Source: Bacteroidota bacterium
GTDB taxonomy: Bacteria > Bacteroidota > Ignavibacteria > Kapaibacteriales > UBA2268
Direction of reading: 5' to 3'
Length of the DNA: 64,000 bases
Assembly (NCBI GenBank): GCA_040264895.1
Contig: JBDQHL010000001.1
Location: forward strand, 15,060 to 79,059
In this document: piece after piece, positions 60,175 to 64,000 of the stretch
Numbering within the stretch: position 1 is the first letter of the stretch
Layout of the letters: each line of letters starts with the position of its first letter
Made by a program: the position numbers and the translations under genes
The notes under the pieces: generated by a model
Told to the model about the DNA's origin: nothing
The model's input: only the letters and a program-made list of their open reading frames with translations
Database searches by the model: none

Positions 60175-60207
60175 CTACTTCAGATTTCTCTGAAGTAGAT
60201 TTTTTTA
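60175..60207 (+). terminator. intrinsic terminator of dps
   Basis: 10-bp stem ctacttcaga (60175-60184) / tctgaagtag (60189-60198), followed by a T-run. Confidence 0.8.
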
Positions 60208-60287
60208 TTTAATCAAATAAGATTAAACGGCGATTTACGTAATTTATAGAACAAAAAAATCAAGAATTAAGAAAATAGAATTAGAAC

Positions 60288-60995
60288 ATGACAACACAAT
60301 CACTAATTGGCAAAAACATACTCATAACTGGTTCAACTAAAGGAATTGGTCTAGCTATAGCTAACAAAGTGGCAGATATGGGAGCCACACCTATCATTAC
60401 AGGCAGAGATATTAGTAACAAAGATAAGTTCCCAGACAGTGCTTTAGTCTATTCTGTTGATTTATCTGAAGTGAGTGAAATAAAAAAATTAAGCGATGAG
60501 CTAAAACAAAAGAACATTAGCATAGATATACTGATAAATAATGCTGGTACAACTGTAGTCAAAAACTTAGCAGATATGAGCTTGGAAGACTTCGATAAAG
60601 TTAATAATCTCAACTATCGCTCTGTGTTCGCTATTACAAAAGAATTCCTACCTGATATAATCAAGACCAAAGGTGGATTAATAAATATATTATCGGTAGC
60701 AGTTCGTGATGTTTTTTCTGGCAATTCGCTATACTCTTCAAGTAAATCGGCAGTTACCAATATGATGAATGTACTTAGAGAAGAGATGCGAGAAAACAGC
60801 GTAGATGTTGTCAATGTATTCCCAGGTGCAACTAGCACAGACTTATGGCCAGATGATTTGCGTAGTGAACATGAGCACAAAATGATGTCAGCTGAAGAAG
60901 TAGCCGATGCAGTTGGAGCTCTCATCCCATCTATTGCCAATGGAAATCTGACCGTAGAAGAATTAGTCCTAAGACCAAAATCAGGCAATATATAG
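60288..60995 (+). CDS. short-chain dehydrogenase/reductase (SDR)
   Basis: 235 aa with the motifs ILITGSTKGIGLAIA, NNAG and YSSSK. Confidence 0.85.
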   Translation: MTTQSLIGKNILITGSTKGIGLAIANKVADMGATPIITGRDISNKDKFPDSALVYSVDLSEVSEIKKLSDELKQKNISIDILINNAGTTVVKNLADMSLEDFDKVNNLNYRSVFAITKEFLPDIIKTKGGLINILSVAVRDVFSGNSLYSSSKSAVTNMMNVLREEMRENSVDVVNVFPGATSTDLWPDDLRSEHEHKMMSAEEVADAVGALIPSIANGNLTVEELVLRPKSGNI

Positions 60996-60998
60996 TCA

Positions 60999-62828
60999 AT
61001 GGATTTGAAGTCCAAAATAGCAAACTTACCTCAGAAACCCGGAATTTATCAGTATAAAAATAAGAACGGGAATATAATCTATGTCGGTAAGGCAATTAAG
61101 CTTCGCAACAGGGTGCGTTCATATTTTAATAGGCAGAAGCAACACGATGCTAAGACTAAGGCATTAGTCAAAAAAATAGACGATGTTGAGATAATCGTGA
61201 CCGATTCAGAAGCTGAAGCACTAATACTGGAAGATACATTAATCAAAAAGCACAAACCTCGCTACAATGTTAACCTGAAAGATGATAAGTCTTACCCATT
61301 TATCAAGGTTACCAGCGAACCATACCCTCGTATTTTCCAGACCCGAAATGTTGTAAAAGATGGATCAAAATACTATGGTCCATTCACCAAAGTAGGTGAT
61401 ATGCGTAGGGTATTAGAACTACTACACAAAATATTCAAATTCAGAACTTGTAAGCTCACCATCAACGAAGAGACTATCAGAGAAAAAAAACACAAAGTCT
61501 GCTTAGAATATCACATAAAAAAATGCGATGGCCCATGCGAAGGACTCATTGATAAGACAGAATATAACCAAAATGTAGCATTTGCGAAAAGTATTCTTAA
61601 TGGTAAAACACGTGATTTGGAGCGATTCCTTCAGCAAAGAATGGATGAACTTTCTGAGGAAATGAACTTTGAGGAAGCTGCAAAAACAAGAGATCAACTC
61701 GGCGCCATAAGGCAGTTCGTATCAAGACAGAAAGTCGTCACTGCAGATGCAATAGATAGAGATGTGTTTGGAATATACAGACAAGAAAATACCGTTTGTT
61801 CTATTGTATTCACTGTCCGCGAAGGTAAGCTAATAGGTAGGAAACACTTCATCATAAAAAAAACAGACGAGCTAAGTGATGCTGAAATATTACAAAGAAC
61901 AATAGATAGCTGGTATTCACAACAAGAATTTGTACCAAAAGAAATATTTTTACCAGTAGAAATAGAAGATTTAGAAACTCTAACTACCATACTTTCTGAA
62001 AAGCGAAATGCCACAGTGCATATAAAAATTCCGAAAATTGGTGATAAACGACACCTCATCGACTTAGCAGAAAATAATGCTCAATATATTCTTAAGGAAT
62101 ACTTATTAGCGATAAGTAAACGTGAGCAATCTATACCACATTCAGTTCAGGCACTTCAACGGGATTTGAGATTGAAAAAGCCACCAAGAATAATAGAGTG
62201 CTTTGACAATTCGCACCTGCAAGGCACCGAACTTGTCAGCTCTATGGTCTGCTTTGTAGATGGTAAACCCAAGAAATCGGAATATCGAAAGTACAAGAAC
62301 AAAACCGTTAATAAAAACGATGACTTTGCAGCTATGCGCGAAGTAGTAGAAAGACGATACCGAGGATTAGTAGAACGAAAAGAGCGATTGCCTGACCTAA
62401 TAATAATAGACGGCGGAAAAGGACAACTTTCTTCTGCCGAAAGAATACTAAGAGACTTAGGTATATTCGACAAAGTAACAGTAGTCGGTTTAGCTAAGCG
62501 ATTGGAAGAAGTATTTTTCCCTGGGCAGAAAGAGGCGATTCTACTACCACGTACATCTAGCTCACTCAGACTAATACAGCAACTACGTGACGAGGCACAT
62601 CGCTTTGCTATCACATTCCATAGGAATTTGCGTTCTAAGCGAACATTCAAAACTGAACTAACAGACATATCAGGAATTGGCAAAAAAACTGCAGTGAAAT
62701 TACTTAAAGAGCTCGGTTCAGTAGATGGAGTAAAAAACTCAACAATTGCTCAGCTCAAAGTACACTTAGGCGATAAGCAAGCAAAAGTAGTACATAAGTA
62801 CTTCAATGAATCCAAAGAAGATAATTAA
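60999..62828 (+). CDS. uvrC: excinuclease ABC subunit C
   Basis: 609 aa. The GIY-YIG N-terminus is PGIYQYKNKNGNIIYVGKAIKLRNRVRSYF. A UVR domain and a C-terminal (HhH)2 region (ISGIGKKTAVKLLKELGS) follow. Confidence 0.96.
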   Translation: MDLKSKIANLPQKPGIYQYKNKNGNIIYVGKAIKLRNRVRSYFNRQKQHDAKTKALVKKIDDVEIIVTDSEAEALILEDTLIKKHKPRYNVNLKDDKSYPFIKVTSEPYPRIFQTRNVVKDGSKYYGPFTKVGDMRRVLELLHKIFKFRTCKLTINEETIREKKHKVCLEYHIKKCDGPCEGLIDKTEYNQNVAFAKSILNGKTRDLERFLQQRMDELSEEMNFEEAAKTRDQLGAIRQFVSRQKVVTADAIDRDVFGIYRQENTVCSIVFTVREGKLIGRKHFIIKKTDELSDAEILQRTIDSWYSQQEFVPKEIFLPVEIEDLETLTTILSEKRNATVHIKIPKIGDKRHLIDLAENNAQYILKEYLLAISKREQSIPHSVQALQRDLRLKKPPRIIECFDNSHLQGTELVSSMVCFVDGKPKKSEYRKYKNKTVNKNDDFAAMREVVERRYRGLVERKERLPDLIIIDGGKGQLSSAERILRDLGIFDKVTVVGLAKRLEEVFFPGQKEAILLPRTSSSLRLIQQLRDEAHRFAITFHRNLRSKRTFKTELTDISGIGKKTAVKLLKELGSVDGVKNSTIAQLKVHLGDKQAKVVHKYFNESKEDN

Positions 62829-62938
62829 TAAACAAGTCATGTTATCCTGACCAGACTTTTGCAATTCTATATATCAATAAGTGCAATAATTTATTATATT
62901 TGTTGTATATTATACATAATGATGATGGCAATGGAAAT

Positions 62939-63178
62939 ATGGTCGTTCCAGGTATTATCAGTAGAACAAAAGTTTCAGCTGGATTGAACCAAAACGTAGA
63001 AGTTACTCTAAACCAAGGTGTGATTATTGAGCCAGGCCAAAAGTTATTCCCTATGTTGCACATAGATAACGGAGAGAAAGACAAATATGAATTCCCATCA
63101 GCTGATCCACCAGAAGTATTCGGATTTGATGAAGAAGGAAATCCTATTGTTATAGTTACAGAAATAGACGTATTATAA
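62939..63178 (+). CDS. small protein resembling a single DUF7282-like beta-sandwich module; possibly an N-terminally truncated fragment
   Basis: The pattern (LYIIHNDDGNGN)MVVPGIISRTKVSAGLNQNVEVTL...LFPMLHIDNGEKDKYEFPSADPP recalls this domain. There is no signal peptide and no clean ATG upstream of 62939 (the track uses a TTG at 62900). Confidence 0.35.
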   Translation: MVVPGIISRTKVSAGLNQNVEVTLNQGVIIEPGQKLFPMLHIDNGEKDKYEFPSADPPEVFGFDEEGNPIVIVTEIDVL

Positions 63179-63213
63179 GTTTATTCTCATAATAGTATAA
63201 TTTTATTTATAAA

Positions 63214-63249
63214 ACACCTCATTTGCTAAGCAGATGGGGTGTTTTTTTA
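63214..63249 (+). terminator. intrinsic terminator
   Basis: Stem acacctcat (63214-63222) / atggggtgt (63234-63242) with one G-U pair, followed by T7. Confidence 0.7.
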
Positions 63250-63418
63250 TTTTGATATAAAAACTCTTCTCGTTTTAGATATTTCCATCTGATAATTCTT
63301 TATTATTTATAAAAATAATACTATTTTTGCTTTGAGGATTACTATAGTGGGTACACTATAAATAAATACTTAAAGTGATTTTATTCATTTCTTATTAATA
63401 TAAACTGAAATTTCTACA

Positions 63419-64000
63419 ATGATTCAAATGTCAAAAAATATAAGAAAAACAATTTTTATAAATACTTTTTTAGTAGTTATATGTATACTTTCTTCTCAAC
63501 ATCTTCTAGCTCAACATACTTATGGTAGTTTTTATACAGATGACGCTTATGTAAATTACATTCTTGCTGAAAATAAAAAAGAGGACGCTACAATTGTTAT
63601 GGTTCCAGGAGCAAATTTATCTACTTATATATATATTACAACACCCGATGGTAGAAAAGGCTGGGCTGAATTATTTGCTGACAAAGGTTATGACGTTTAT
63701 ATGGTAAATGATCCCCGTTACGATTTTGCAACAGGTGGATTTATAGAACCCTTCATAGTGCCAGACAACGGTAAAGAGGCAACACCTGGCTCAATGCAAG
63801 GTGGGCAAAACGATATATGGAGACGATGGGGTTTTGGCACATCTCAAGGAAATCCTTATCCAGATGCATTGTTTCCAACCGAATATTTTGATACTTTTGC
63901 GGAAAACTACCCATATCTAGGTAATTCCGATCAAAACTATTATGATGCTATTAAAGCAGTCATTGATTCAACTAATGGAAAGGTATGGCTTTTAGCACAT
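63419..64000 (+). CDS. secreted alpha/beta-hydrolase-like protein, N-terminal 194 aa; the 3' end runs off the window
   Basis: My own translation: MIQMSKNIRKTIFINTFLVVICILSSQHLLAQ (signal peptide), then ...ATIVMVPGANLSTYIYITTPDGRKGWAELFADKGYDVYMVNDP... It is open to the window end and so is not in the ORF track. Confidence 0.55.
   Translation, partial: MIQMSKNIRKTIFINTFLVVICILSSQHLLAQHTYGSFYTDDAYVNYILAENKKEDATIVMVPGANLSTYIYITTPDGRKGWAELFADKGYDVYMVNDPRYDFATGGFIEPFIVPDNGKEATPGSMQGGQNDIWRRWGFGTSQGNPYPDALFPTEYFDTFAENYPYLGNSDQNYYDAIKAVIDSTNGKVWLLAH

Overview
About 64 kb of AT-rich chromosome (mid-30s % GC by eye, not computed). The organism carries a type IX secretion system (T9SS), so it is probably an FCB-group bacterium (Bacteroidota- or Ignavibacteriota-like); I cannot be more specific. 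I support about 55 protein genes. Most are housekeeping: polyprenyl synthase, tatC, fbp, mscL, aspS, S41 protease, TrmH-like methylase, thiamine pyrophosphokinase, fRMsr, dps, uvrC. There is also the T9SS translocon gene sprA (2245 aa) and four secreted proteins with T9SS C-terminal sorting domains. I found no rRNA, tRNA, CRISPR array, transposase or integrase. The accessory part lies at 45.7-52.6 kb. It holds a very AT-rich three-gene carotenoid cassette: a CrtD/CrtI-like desaturase, a LyeJ-like UbiA prenyltransferase and a CruF-like protein, the trio known from C50 bacterioruberin synthesis. Near-identical copies of an intrinsic terminator plus an 18-nt repeat bracket this cassette. Next to it sits a McrBC-type restriction module whose McrB gene is broken by three +1 frameshifts and one in-frame TAA, while McrC is intact. 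A family of GC-rich hairpin repeats with compensatory stem changes occurs at three loci (27.4, 28.6 and 49.4 kb). Other items worth a second look:
- a compact TonB-receptor operon with paralogous lipoproteins, a His/Cys-motif membrane peptide and MazG
- a translationally coupled GNAT and PLP-decarboxylase pair
- a sensor-less sigma-54 activator ending an operon with DJ-1, patatin-Omp85 and rhodanese genes
- several small pseudogenes (TPR, tandem GNAT, FlhB C-terminal fragment)
All calls rest on reading the translations and the DNA by eye. No database search was run.
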